From: Heterodontus francisci
Lineage: Eukaryota
DNA length: 64,000 nt
NCBI RefSeq assembly: GCF_036365525.1
Contig: NC_090387.1
Span: forward strand, 76,755,300-76,819,299
Reading direction: 5' to 3'
Shown here: piece by piece, positions 13,821 to 24,135 of the stretch
Numbering within the stretch: the first letter of the stretch is position 1
Layout of the letters: every line of letters starts with the position of its first letter
Program-made: the position numbers and the translations under genes
The notes under the pieces: generated by a model
Database searches by the model: none
What the model saw: only the letters and a program-made list of their open reading frames with translations
Told to the model about the DNA's origin: nothing

Positions 13821-15050
13821 AAAAGGAGTGTGAACAACTTTTCAATTCGTAACGAGCTATAACGTACCGTCTGTACATATTACTAATCATGAAGATAGTG
13901 CACAAAAATATCATAGGAAATATCAAGAAAAACATCAGATTTTGAAAGACGATATAATTGAACCCGATTGTTGTAAAACTGGGTTATATCGCCCACCAAC
14001 CAATATTCTCAGTTAAACCTTACTTATTTTCAAATTACTCTATTGCATGTATAACTAATATAAGAACATAAGAAATAGGAGCAGGAGTCGATCATCTGGC
14101 CCGTCGAATGTGGTCCATTATTCAATAAGATCATGGCTGATGTTCTCCATCAACTCCACTTTCCCGCCCAATCCTCATTTCCCTCAGTTGTCTGAGTGTC
14201 CCAAAATCTACAGAACTCAGACAAATATATTCAGAAACTGAACATCCATTGCCCTGTGGGGTAGAGAATTCCAAAGATTCAAAACCATCTGAATGAAGAA
14301 ATAGCTGCTGTTCTCAGTCCTAAATTGCCGACCCCTTATCCTGAGACTATGACCCTTAATTTCAGACTCTGCAGCGAGTGGGGCACAGCCTGAAAGCATC
14401 TACCCTGTCAAGCCCTCTAAGAATTTTACAGATTTCAATCAGATCACCTTTGATTTTTCTAAACTTCCCAAAATATGGATTTATTCTATTCAATTTTTCC
14501 TCATTGAACAACTCTTTAGTGCAGTTTCGTTGCATCCCCTCTAAGGCAGGTATATCCTTCCTTAGGTTAGGGGACTAAAACTGTAAACTGAACACAGTAC
14601 TCCAGGTGTGGTCTCACCAAATGCCTATGCAATTGCAGCAAATCTTCCATAATCTTGTATTCCAAACTCCTGCAATTAGAAAAAGCAATTTATATTTTAT
14701 ATCTGTTTGTGTCGCCTCACTTTCTTATTGCAAATCTCTTTTTTTAGCTTCTTTTAGTTTCCTTTTTTTTAACCATTGCATGCTCTTCTTGCACCCAGTC
14801 TGTTACCAGCAACTGCGATTATGTTGGATGCGCTCGGGCTTCCCCCGCAAGCGGTTTCCGATCCTGACCCCACTGTTTGGCAATACATAGTGAAGAGTTT
14901 TGAAGTTAACCCTCTAGCCAACTTGTACACCTCATACCATGGCACAACGGGTTGGAGTGGGACCTGTCTCCTAGTTGCATTTAAACTGTGCTCACTGCCT
15001 GGCTGTAGTGCTACCGGTTAGATCGTTTTAATAATACCTGTTTGGCACGC
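13820..15050 (+). repeat. Exon-less duplicate of intron 3 of receptor gene 1
   Basis: Collinear with 18928-19443 joined to 20407-21120 (e.g. tctgtacatattactaatcatgaagatagt; gatcctgaccccactgtt; gggacctgtctcctagttgcatttaaactgtgctc). Confidence 0.9.
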
Positions 15051-16070
15051 CTTAATTGCATTTTTTGAGGATTTAACAAGGAGAATCGATGAGGGTAGCT
15101 TGTGTGATATCGTCTGCAAGCAATGACATAGACTTAAATATAGCGGACATGATTAAGAAGTTTGCAGATGATGCAAAAATTGGTTGCGTGGTTGATAGTG
15201 AGGTGGAAAGCTGTAGACTGCAAGAAGATATCAATGGACTGGTCAGATGGGCAGCGAATGGAATTCAGCTTCGAGAAGGGTGACGTAATGCATTTGGGGA
15301 GGGCAAACATGGCAAGGGAAGAAACAATAAATGATAGGATGCTGCGAGGTGTAGAGGAACAGGAGGACCTTGGAGCGCATGTAAATAGATCCCTACAGGT
15401 AGCAGGACAGACAAATAATGTAGCTAAAAGGCATATGGAATAATAATTTCATTTAGTAGCCAAATCAGAGAATATAAGAACAGGGCGGTAATGTTAGATT
15501 TGTACAAAACAATAATTAGGCCAAAACTAAAGTAATGCATGCAGTTCTGGTTATCACATTATGGAAAAGATGCAATTGCAGTAGAGCGGGCACAAAGGAG
15601 ATTTACAAGGATGTTCCCAGAAATTGAGAATTTTAGCTATAAGGAAAGACTGGACAGGCTGGAGTTGTTTTCTTTGGAACAGACGAGGCTGAGGGGAATT
15701 TTAATTGATGGATGTAAAATTATGAAAGATCTTGATAGAGTTGATAGGAAAGACCTATTTTCCCTTAAAAGGGAGGTCAACAGGCAGCGGCATAGAAATA
15801 AAGTAATTGGCAGCAGGATTAAAGGGGACTTGAAGATAATTTGTTTTCGCCCAGAGGATGGTGGGGACTGGAATTCACTGTCCGTAAGGGTGGTAGAGGC
15901 AGAAGAAATCATCAAGTTCAAAAAGAAAACTTGGACGTGCACTTGAAGTGCCGTAACCCGCAGGTCTTGCGGACCAAGAGTTAGAAAGCGGGGTTAGGCT
16001 AGATAGCTCGTCCGGCACAGATACGATGGGCCGAATGCTCCCCTTATGTGCCGAAAATGTTTTCTATGCC
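15050..16070 (+). mobile_element. Decayed CR1 ORF2 3' portion
   Basis: KFADDAKIG, ERAQRRFTRMFP, WNSL motifs; CR1 3' UTR. Confidence 0.85.
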
Positions 16071-16389
16071 TATCTCATGAATTACGGTATGTGTGACTGT
16101 GACCATGGTGCGGAATCTCTCGTTCTCAACCTCTCTGCAGTCTTTCCTCTGGTCAACCAATCACTATTCTCCAACGCTTCTCATGTTATCCAAGCTGCTT
16201 AGACTACCGTTACTTATCAGGGAACAATTCCAACTTCGCAAGCGTTAGGAAATTCTTGCTTTGAAAACCAAACATCTTCCCTCCCTTTTTGTTGGCCGTG
16301 ACACATGCGATTCCAGCAATCCAATTAGTTCAGAAGTTAGAAAATCTCACTTCATAAACTAAGCCTAACTTCTAAACCCGCAGTTGCAG

Positions 16390-16501
16390 CATGTCAAACA
16401 TCATTGCCACGTATCTCATAGAAAACAAACCGCAAACTATTCTTAACGGTTGTAAACTCGCAGTTTCTGGACAGAGTCATCAGATGGATCCGTAGCTCAA
16501 A
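16390..16501 (+). promoter_or_regulatory. Putative proximal promoter / 5' UTR of gene 1
   Basis: Block starting atgtcaaacatcatt aligns with atgtcaaacgtcatt at a similar distance (~110 nt) upstream of the gene 2 ATG. Confidence 0.4.
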
Positions 16502-16556
16502 ATGTCACCCAGTATGCTTATTCTGTGCTTCATTTTCCGAGGGATTCTTCACTCAG
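16502..16556 (+). CDS. VJ-C1 IgSF receptor gene 1, exon 1 (signal peptide MSPSMLILCFIFRGILHS)
   Basis: ATG at 16502, hydrophobic leader, phase-1 donor CAG|gtacat; equivalent exon in gene 2. Confidence 0.8.
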
Positions 16557-16724
16557 GTACATCTTTATTCATTGTCCCAGATTCTTTAATTTATAAAATG
16601 CTTCCGAAGTAGTTCCACATTAATTTAGAGAACCGTATTTCCTCTATCTAAATTATGTTTCCTCCCTTCCACTTTCATGTAGTATCTACTACAATTAACC
16701 TGCACTTGTTTATATTTCTGACAG

Positions 16725-17045
16725 CTGCTGACCACACTTCGTTCAGTGTGTCTCAAGCGCCCAAAGAAGCGATTGTATCTAGAGGGGGGAACATCACTTT
16801 CTATTGTATATTTCCCATCTCTCAGGAACATTCCTGGGTACAGGTATTATGGTGGAAACAGGGTGAGAATGAATACTTGCGCAGAAGCGCAGAAGGGAGA
16901 AGATGGTTTGGTCTGAACAGTAAAGCAAGCGGTTACTTTCAGTTACTGAGCGTAAATATCCAAGACTCTGGAGTCTATTACTGCGCAGTGATCCGTCAGG
17001 GAGTACTGCGAGGAAATGGAACTGGATCACATCTAATTGTGCATG
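16725..17045 (+). CDS. VJ-C1 IgSF receptor gene 1, exon 2 (V-set domain with germline-joined J-like G strand)
   Basis: Acceptor tttctgacag, donor G|gtaagt, 321 nt, phase 1-1; VSQAP, ITFYC, WWKQ, QDSGVYYC, NGTGSHLIV. Confidence 0.95.
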
Positions 17046-18066
17046 GTAAGTGTGAAAATCGGGAGAGCGGGACCGCCATAAATATATCGAACGTAACACA
17101 CGATGTTTTGAGACTGTCTTATTGCATCGTTTTTCTTTGTATAAACATGACTATTAATACATTTCTCCATAAGTTAAATTATCTGTTCGTGCTCTCTGTA
17201 TTGAACTGCTAATTAGCCATTCATTGTCACACGCAGAGTACTACAAAATGTATCAATCTTAACCAATTAGACTGCAATTATAAAGGCAATTTAGACAGCA
17301 GATATCTGATAGCAGAAATTGGGAACACATTCCAAGCATATAATTGACTGAAGATCGTTTATGTTGATGCGACTCACCGAAAATGTGCACGGCTCTTAGT
17401 CCAGTTTTGATGCTCTGTCTACCCCCACCTCTGTCTTGGCTGTTTAATATTCCTGAAATTAAGTCTCACATAATGATAGCTTTAGGGATTTGAAAGCAAT
17501 TTTATAGCTAACTGTTCCAAAATGGATTCACTCAACAAATTCCATCAGGGAGTACTGCGAGGAAATGGAACTGTATTACGTTTAATTGTGCATGGTAAGT
17601 GTGAAATTCTGGAGAGCGGGACCGCCGTAAATATATCGAAATTAACGCATAGGGATGTATTGGGATCGTTTTCTCAGTCTAAACATGACTATTAATACAT
17701 TTTGCCATAAGTTATGTTGTATATTCGTGTTCTATGTATAGAACTTCTAATTAGACATTCAATGTCACACGCAGAGTACTGCAAAATGTATGCGTATTAA
17801 TCAATTAAACTGCAACTTTAAAGGCAAATCTCTACACCAGTTGTCTGATAGCCGAAAGTGGGAACCAATTCCAAACATGTAACTGACTGAAAATCGTTTA
17901 TGTTAATGCGCCTCTCCCAGCATATATACGGCTCTTAGCCCAGTTTTGAGATACGGTCTACGCCCATCACTGTCAGAGCGGTTTAATATTCCTGAAATTA
18001 AGTCTCACACTGTGTGTTTCAATGTCAGTGTGCAGTTCACTGGACCAACGGATTCACTCAACAAAC
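16991..18066 (+). repeat. Tandem duplication of a ~550 bp unit (3' end of V exon plus start of intron 2)
   Basis: 16991-17540 repeated at 17541-18066; both start tcc(g/a)tcagggagtactgcgaggaaatggaactg and end ggattcactcaacaaa. Confidence 0.9.
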
Positions 18067-18597
18067 TGGAGTTTGAAACACACAGTGTTAGCCCACTAAT
18101 GGCCAATAAATAAAACAATAGAGACTATTTCCCGAAACTTCCTGAGGTTCAATTTCAACAATTGTCATGCTTCGGTTGTGAATTATTCCTACAGTGATTA
18201 AGCACCTCCTTACATCATCAGGAATGCTCTTATTGTTCCTCACTGCCTATCTGTGCGTATCAAACACACAAACACGCAGTGTACGAATGTGTCCCATTTA
18301 TTGACTTAATTCCTTGGTCTTTAAAACTAAACATTGTTCGCAAATCGATGTGACTTGTTCGCAGAGTAATTCAAAATCTTGGATTTGATAGCGCAGGAAA
18401 GATTGACCAGATGTCAACCTTTATGAGCGATATGGATGAGGTAAGTGTAGCTGATGTGTGAAGCATGAAAAGGGCAGGAGGTTGTGATGTAAAATCATGC
18501 TATTGTAAAAAAAATGGGCCGAACGTAAATCAGAACACTATTTAATTTCTCCCAACAGTGCACAGTAACTCGACTTTGTTCCTTCTCTGTTCCGCAG

Positions 18598-18909
18598 TGG
18601 CCCCATCCCCACTGAAGATTATCTCCAGGATATCTGAAGGGAATTCAACTTGTTCTCTGATTCTTGTGTGTGAAACCGCTTCGTTTTATCCGGAAAATTA
18701 CACCCTCACTTGGTATAGAAATGGCGTCGAAACTGCATTGGGAATACATACTATTAAAGTACAAAACTCTGAGGGACTGTATGAAGTTTCCAGCTCTTTG
18801 GTTGAGACGCAGCCTGTCCTGAGCGACACCAGTTATTCTTGTTTGGTATCTCATCTGTCTCTTGAGTCTCCAGCAGTTGTCATCCATACTGTATCTGCAT
18901 CAAAGCAAG
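18598..18909 (+). CDS. VJ-C1 IgSF receptor gene 1, exon 3 (C1-set domain)
   Basis: Acceptor ctctgttccgcag, donor G|gtaaga, 312 nt, phase 1-1; LVC...FYP..YTLTWYRNG, NSEGLYEVSSSL, YSCLVSHLSL. Confidence 0.95.
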
Positions 18910-19159
18910 GTAAGAAGGAAACATTCCAAAAAGGAGTGTTCAATTCGTAAAGGGATATAACATACTGTCTGTACATATTACTAATCATGAAGATAGTCCA
19001 CAAAAATCTCATGGGCAACAATATCAAGGAAAACATCAGATTTTAACAGACAATATAATTATACAGAATTGTTGCAAAACCGGGTTATATCGTCCGCCAA
19101 ATCAATATTCTCAGTTAAACCATACTTATTTTCAAATTCCTCAATTGCATATGTAACTA

Positions 19160-20740
19160 ATATAAGAACATAAGAAATAGGAACAGGAGTAGGCCATATG
19201 GCGTGTCGTATCTGGTCCGCCATTCAATAAGATCATGGCTAATGTTCTACATCAGCTCCATTTTCCCGCCCAATCCCCATTTCCCTCGGTTGACTTGTTG
19301 TCCGAAAATCTATGGATCTCAGATAAATATACTCAGAGACTGAACATCCATAGCCCTGTGGGGTAGAGAATTTAAAAGGTTCTGAACATTCTAAATGAAG
19401 AAATTGCTCCTCATCTCAGTCCTAAATGGCCGACCTCTTATACGAATATATGAACATACATACGAACATACGAATTAGGAGCAGGAGTAGGCCACACGAC
19501 CCCTCGAGCCTGCTCCGCCATTCAATAATCTCATGATTGAACTGATTACTCCACATTTCCACCTACTCCTGATAACCTTCCACCCCTTGCTTATCAAGAA
19601 TCTATCTACCTATGCCTTAAAATATTCAAAGACTCTGCTTCCACTACCTTTTGAGGAAGAGAATTCCAAAGACTCATGGCCCTCTGACAGAGACAAATTC
19701 TCTTCATCTCTATCTTAAATGGGCGACCCCTTATTTTTAAACAGTGACCCCTAGTTCGAGATTCTCGCACAAGAGGAAACATCCTTTCCACATCTATCCT
19801 GTCAAGGCCCCTCAGGATCTTATATGTTTCAATCAAGTCGTCTCTTACTCTTCTAAATTCCAGCGGATACATGCCTAGCCTGTCCAATCTTTCCTCACAT
19901 GACAGCCCACCCATTCCAGGTGTTAGTCCAATAAACCTTCTCTGTATTGCTTCCAATGCATTTATATCCTTCCTTAAATAAGGATACCAGTACTGTACAC
20001 ACCAGATGTGGTCTCACGAATGCCCTGTAAGCTGAAGCATAATCTCCCTACTTGTGTATTCAACTCCCCTCGCGATAAACAATAACATTCTATTAGCTTT
20101 CCTAATTACCTGCTGTACCTGCAAACTAACCTTTTGCGATTCATGCACTAGGACACCCAGATCCCTCTGCATCTCAGAGCCCTGCAATCTCTCACCATTT
20201 AGATAACATACTTTTTTATTCTTACTGCCAAAGTAGACAATTTCACACTTTCCCACATAATACTCCATTTGCTAGGTCTTTGCCCACTCACTTAACCTAT
20301 CGATATCCCTTTGTAACCTTCTTTACAAGTTACTTTCCAACCTATCTTTATGTCATCAGCAAATTTAGCAACCATACACTCGGTCCCTTCTTCTAAGTCA
20401 TTTATACTGAAACTATGACCCTTAATTCTAGACTCCCCAGCGAGGGAGACACACCTTTTCAGCACCTACCCTGTCAAGCCCTCTCAAAATGTTATACATT
20501 TCAATGAGATCACCTCCAATATTTTAAAAACTGCACAAAATATGGGTTTATTCTAATCAATCTCCCCTCATAGGACAACTCCGTAGTGAAATTTCGTTGC
20601 TTCCCCTCCAAGGCAGGTATATCCTTCCTTAGGTAAGGAGACCAAAAATGTAAACTGTACACAGCACTCCAGGTGTGGTCTCACCAAATGCCTATGCAAT
20701 TGCAACAAATGTTCCATAATCCTGTAGTCCAAACTCCTGC
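19160..20740 (-). mobile_element. Old CR1 3' fragment in intron 3 with a second CR1 (~19441-20406) nested inside
   Basis: ORFs 19606-19956 and 20014-20268 are CR1 RT C-terminus; the nested piece is absent from the paralogous sequences at ~14340 and ~56215. Confidence 0.85.
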
Positions 20741-21129
20741 AATTAGAAAAATCAATTTATATTTTCTAACTGTTTATGCTTCCTGATCTGATAATTAATA
20801 ATAATTTTTTTATTTTCTTTTGTTTCCATGTTTTTTTTTACCATTGCATACTCTCCTTGGTTCCAGTAGGCTGTTACCAGCAGCTGCAATCATGTTGGTT
20901 GGGCCCAGGCTTCCCCCAAAGCAGTTCCAGATCCTGACCCCACTGTTCGGCGATATATAGTGAAGAGTTCTGAAATTAACCCTCTGGTTAACTTGTATCC
21001 CTCATTGCATTGCAAAACGGGTTGGAGTGGGACCTGTCTCCTAGTTGCATTTAAACTGTGCTCGCAACCTGGCTGCAGTACTTCAGTTACATCTTTTTAA
21101 TAGCATCAGTTTGCCTCGTCAGATAATAA

Positions 21130-21290
21130 ATAATAAATAAAAACAGAAAATGCTGGAAACACTAAGCAGGTCACAGACCTGAAACGTTAATCCGTTTCTG
21201 TCTCCACAAATGCTGTCATATCTGTTGGGTGTTTTCAGCATTTTCAATTTTTATTTCTGATTCCAAGCATCAGCAGTATTTTGTTTCTGT
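21130..21290. mobile_element. Penelope-derived fold-back fragment (paralog at ~56920-57075)
   Basis: Inverted arms aaaatgctggaaacac...gtgttttcagcatttt around aggtc aca gacct gaaacgtt. Confidence 0.55.
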
Positions 21291-21755
21291 AATAAGTAAT
21301 GAACCACGCACCGTACTCCTTTACTATTTAGTACGTTCTTACTTCAGTAAGTACTGTGCAGATATGCGATTTAGGGGGCTTAACCGATTTCTGCAATTCA
21401 GCATTTTATGCAGGCAACGGCCAAACAATTATCACCGAATTTCCCGCGAAGTCATCAAACTATTCATTAAAGAAGACAATAAAAGTCAAGGATAAGATCA
21501 GACCATTCGTTCCAGGGAAACCTATCCCTGTCGCATTCTACTTCCGTTGCGCCTGTGTTCGAAAGCCAGAACCATCTCATCCATTCGATAAAGAAGTGCG
21601 TTCTAATATGTTATGTAAAAAGATAATCTTAATTTTTTCCATTATAGTGAGGAGTTTTTGAAAACACCATCACTTTAACCAGTAAACTCTTCTTAGGAGC
21701 CTTTGTACAAAGCATAATGTACAATTTAATATATTTTCTTCTATTAATCTTGCAG

Positions 21756-21869
21756 ATCATGCCGGCATGCCCCTTTCCTACTCGGTGTTTAGGGATGCGA
21801 TGGGTGGACTAGCGATTCTACTGCTCTTGATCATTATTGGGACGCACTGCCAGTTACAGATTCATAAAG
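21756..21869 (+). CDS. VJ-C1 IgSF receptor gene 1, exon 4 (connecting peptide + TM: DHAGMPLSYSVFRDAMGGLAILLLLIIIGTHCQLQIHK)
   Basis: Acceptor ctattaatcttgcag, donor AAG|gtaaga, 114 nt, phase 1-1, hydrophobic stretch; same length as in gene 2. Confidence 0.9.
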
Positions 21870-22399
21870 GTAAGATCTAATGTAATCTCTTGATTTAAAT
21901 GCAATACTTCAATGGCGGACAGGGAGGGGTGTGAGAGTCGACCAGTAACACAGGGGAAGAATTGTATTGAAGGCAGGGTTTTCTGTTTACTGGGGCCACT
22001 GATTGTTTCACACATTGGTACATTCATCGCTTCAAAACTCAGTACCACACCCAGAATCAAACTAAAAATGGATCTGATTACCCTTATGTCTGCAACTGAA
22101 ATTTTCACTTTGCAGCAATGCGGAATGAAATATGCTTTACGTACAATCACTTTCCAAACCCGCGTGTTGTGAGTCCATAATTAGTTTGCGTGAAGCCGTT
22201 GGAGGCTCAAGCCCGAAATGTGTGCTGATCATTGCTGCTCGCTGCAAGCGCTGGGATTTCAAACATCGTCGGCAAAATCTGAAATTGAAAATCATGTTCT
22301 ATTTTGTACCTTCTCTAAGAAATGTTTTTGAAACAACTGATATTGAAACAGAGTAAATATTTTAAACCTTCGCTATAACGGCCCTTCATTAATTTACAG

Positions 22400-22473
22400 G
22401 TAAAAATGTGCAAAGGGGTCGCAGTACCATGAAGACGAGGTACGTTCATTCATGCATCTCCGCAAAGGATTGA
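22400..22473 (+). CDS. VJ-C1 IgSF receptor gene 1, exon 5 (short cytoplasmic tail GKNVQRGRSTMKTRYVHSCISAKD*); predicted protein 291 aa
   Basis: Acceptor cttcattaatttacag; TGA at 22471-22473 is homologous to the gene 2 stop. Confidence 0.7.
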
Positions 22474-22874
22474 AACACGAAGAAGGATTTGCCACAATGG
22501 AGAATTTTTATCATAAGCAAGTCAGAGCAATTTACCTATTTGCAAGAAATATTTGTGTACGTAATGGGCCATTCAAATTGTGTTTCGAAACATATTTAAC
22601 ACCACAAGCTTGGGGATGAAATTAGTTTTCCGAAAAGAAAACCGGGCGCGGTGTAAAACCGGTTGCTGATTCGCTATTGTCAGTTTCGCGCTACCCGCCG
22701 CACTCGGTGGGTTGATGCTAAAAATGGTTAAAGAACAGAAAAGAAAACGGCCAGTTTCGTTGAAAATCTACTTAAGTAATATATTTTATAGCTTCATTTG
22801 CATTTGTAACTAAAAGCCTAAAGAATCCATGTTATAGAATTGCTTCAAATTTAAAGATTTCTTTAACTGTCCTG

Positions 22875-23230
22875 ATTTAGATTTTGAGATACAGCACTGA
22901 AACAGGCCCTTCGGGCCACCGAGTCTGTGCCGACCATCAACCACCCATCTATACTAATCCTACACCAATCCCATATTCCTACCACATCCTCACCTGTCCC
23001 TATATTCCCCTACCACCTACCTATACTAGGGGCAATTTATAATGGCCAATTTACCTATCAACCTGCAAGTCTTTTGGCTGTGGGAGGAAACCGGAGCACC
23101 CGGAGGAAACCCACGCAGACACAGGGAGAACTTGCAAACTCCATGCAGGCAGTACCCAGAATTGAACCTGGGTCGCTGGAGCTTTGAGGCTGCGGTGCTA
23201 ACCACTGCCGCCCTAGCCACTGTGCCGCCC
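22875..23230 (-). mobile_element. V-SINE (HE1-like) downstream of the gene 1 stop
   Basis: Full SINE flanked by tgtcctg repeats; empty site in the gene 2 unit near 58830. Confidence 0.9.
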
Positions 23231-24045
23231 TAATAATGTCCTGTAGCGAGAACATCGACATGTTTAAATATTGGTTACAGTGACTGCAGCAATTATCGGC
23301 GTTCGTATTTGCACTTAAATATATTCATTACGGTTTCTGTACTCTATCTGTAGCCATTTTGCTCAATGATTCTTGTGGTATGTGAACTGATGAAGGCAAT
23401 GAATTAGCCACATAACAAGATTTTTTTTTCTGGCCCATGAAGGAAGTAAAGGTTGAAATGGCTAATATGTTGCTGTACATTTGAACAGGGCAATTTAAAC
23501 TCCAAGACTTGAACAAGTGTGGCCCATGCACCGTTAGGCGAGGCTGAGAAGTGAACCAGATAAATAAAGATCACCACAGTAGCACTAATATTCCTGTGAT
23601 ACCGGAAAATATAAGGTTGGCGTTCTCTAGTCGTGTATTGTACCTCGGGTTGGTTTGAAGACCAAACAAGGGGACTACGTAACTCGTATTCCATTATTAT
23701 ATAATTGAATGTAGATTTGTTTGTTATTGATTAAGTATTTGAGCAATTTTCATTTAATTACTTGTATAAAATAAACTTTCCTTGAACTGGATGGCAAATA
23801 GCTGCAATTATACGCTAATTATTGAGTTGTCATTATACATAATTTCAATAAAATTAGATATTAGATCTCTTTCTTATCAATCGACCATTCCTGATATGTT
23901 GCGAGGAAAACTGCAAAGCCTGAGGTTTGATTTGTGTATTGCGTTGCTGTATTCCAGTATTCTGACTTCTAGTGCAGACTATACTTTTGATTTGGATGCT
24001 GCAATTTATTAACTCGTCCATAAATCCTCTAAACACAGCCTATAG

Positions 24046-24135
24046 ATAAAGAAAAAAGAACAAAGAGCAGTACAGCGCAGGAACAGGTCATTCGGCCCTC
24101 CAAGCCTGCGCCGATCATGATGCCTGTTTAAACTA
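24046..24135 (-). mobile_element. Short CR1 3' tail
   Basis: aagaacaaagagcagtacagcgcaggaacagg..cattcggccctccaagcctgcgccgatc matches the tail at 44777. Confidence 0.75.

Noticed and set aside
16725-17045. Rearranging TCR/Ig V gene segment
   Set aside because: No heptamer-spacer-nonamer after the YYC motif; the J-like strand and donor are contiguous in the germline, and each V has its own C1 and TM exons
22436-22446. Alternative donor AG|gtacgt leading to further cytoplasmic exons in gene 1
   Set aside because: It lies in the 23 nt missing from gene 2 and I found no downstream exon; not excluded without RNA data
16502-22473. Assigning a gene symbol (NCR3, SIRP, NCR3LG1, TAPBP)
   Set aside because: The architecture matches none exactly, and orthology needs a phylogeny I cannot run
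23847-23852. PolyA signal AATAAA shared with 59620-59625
   Set aside because: One of several AATAAA in AT-rich duplicated DNA; cannot be assigned without 3' end data
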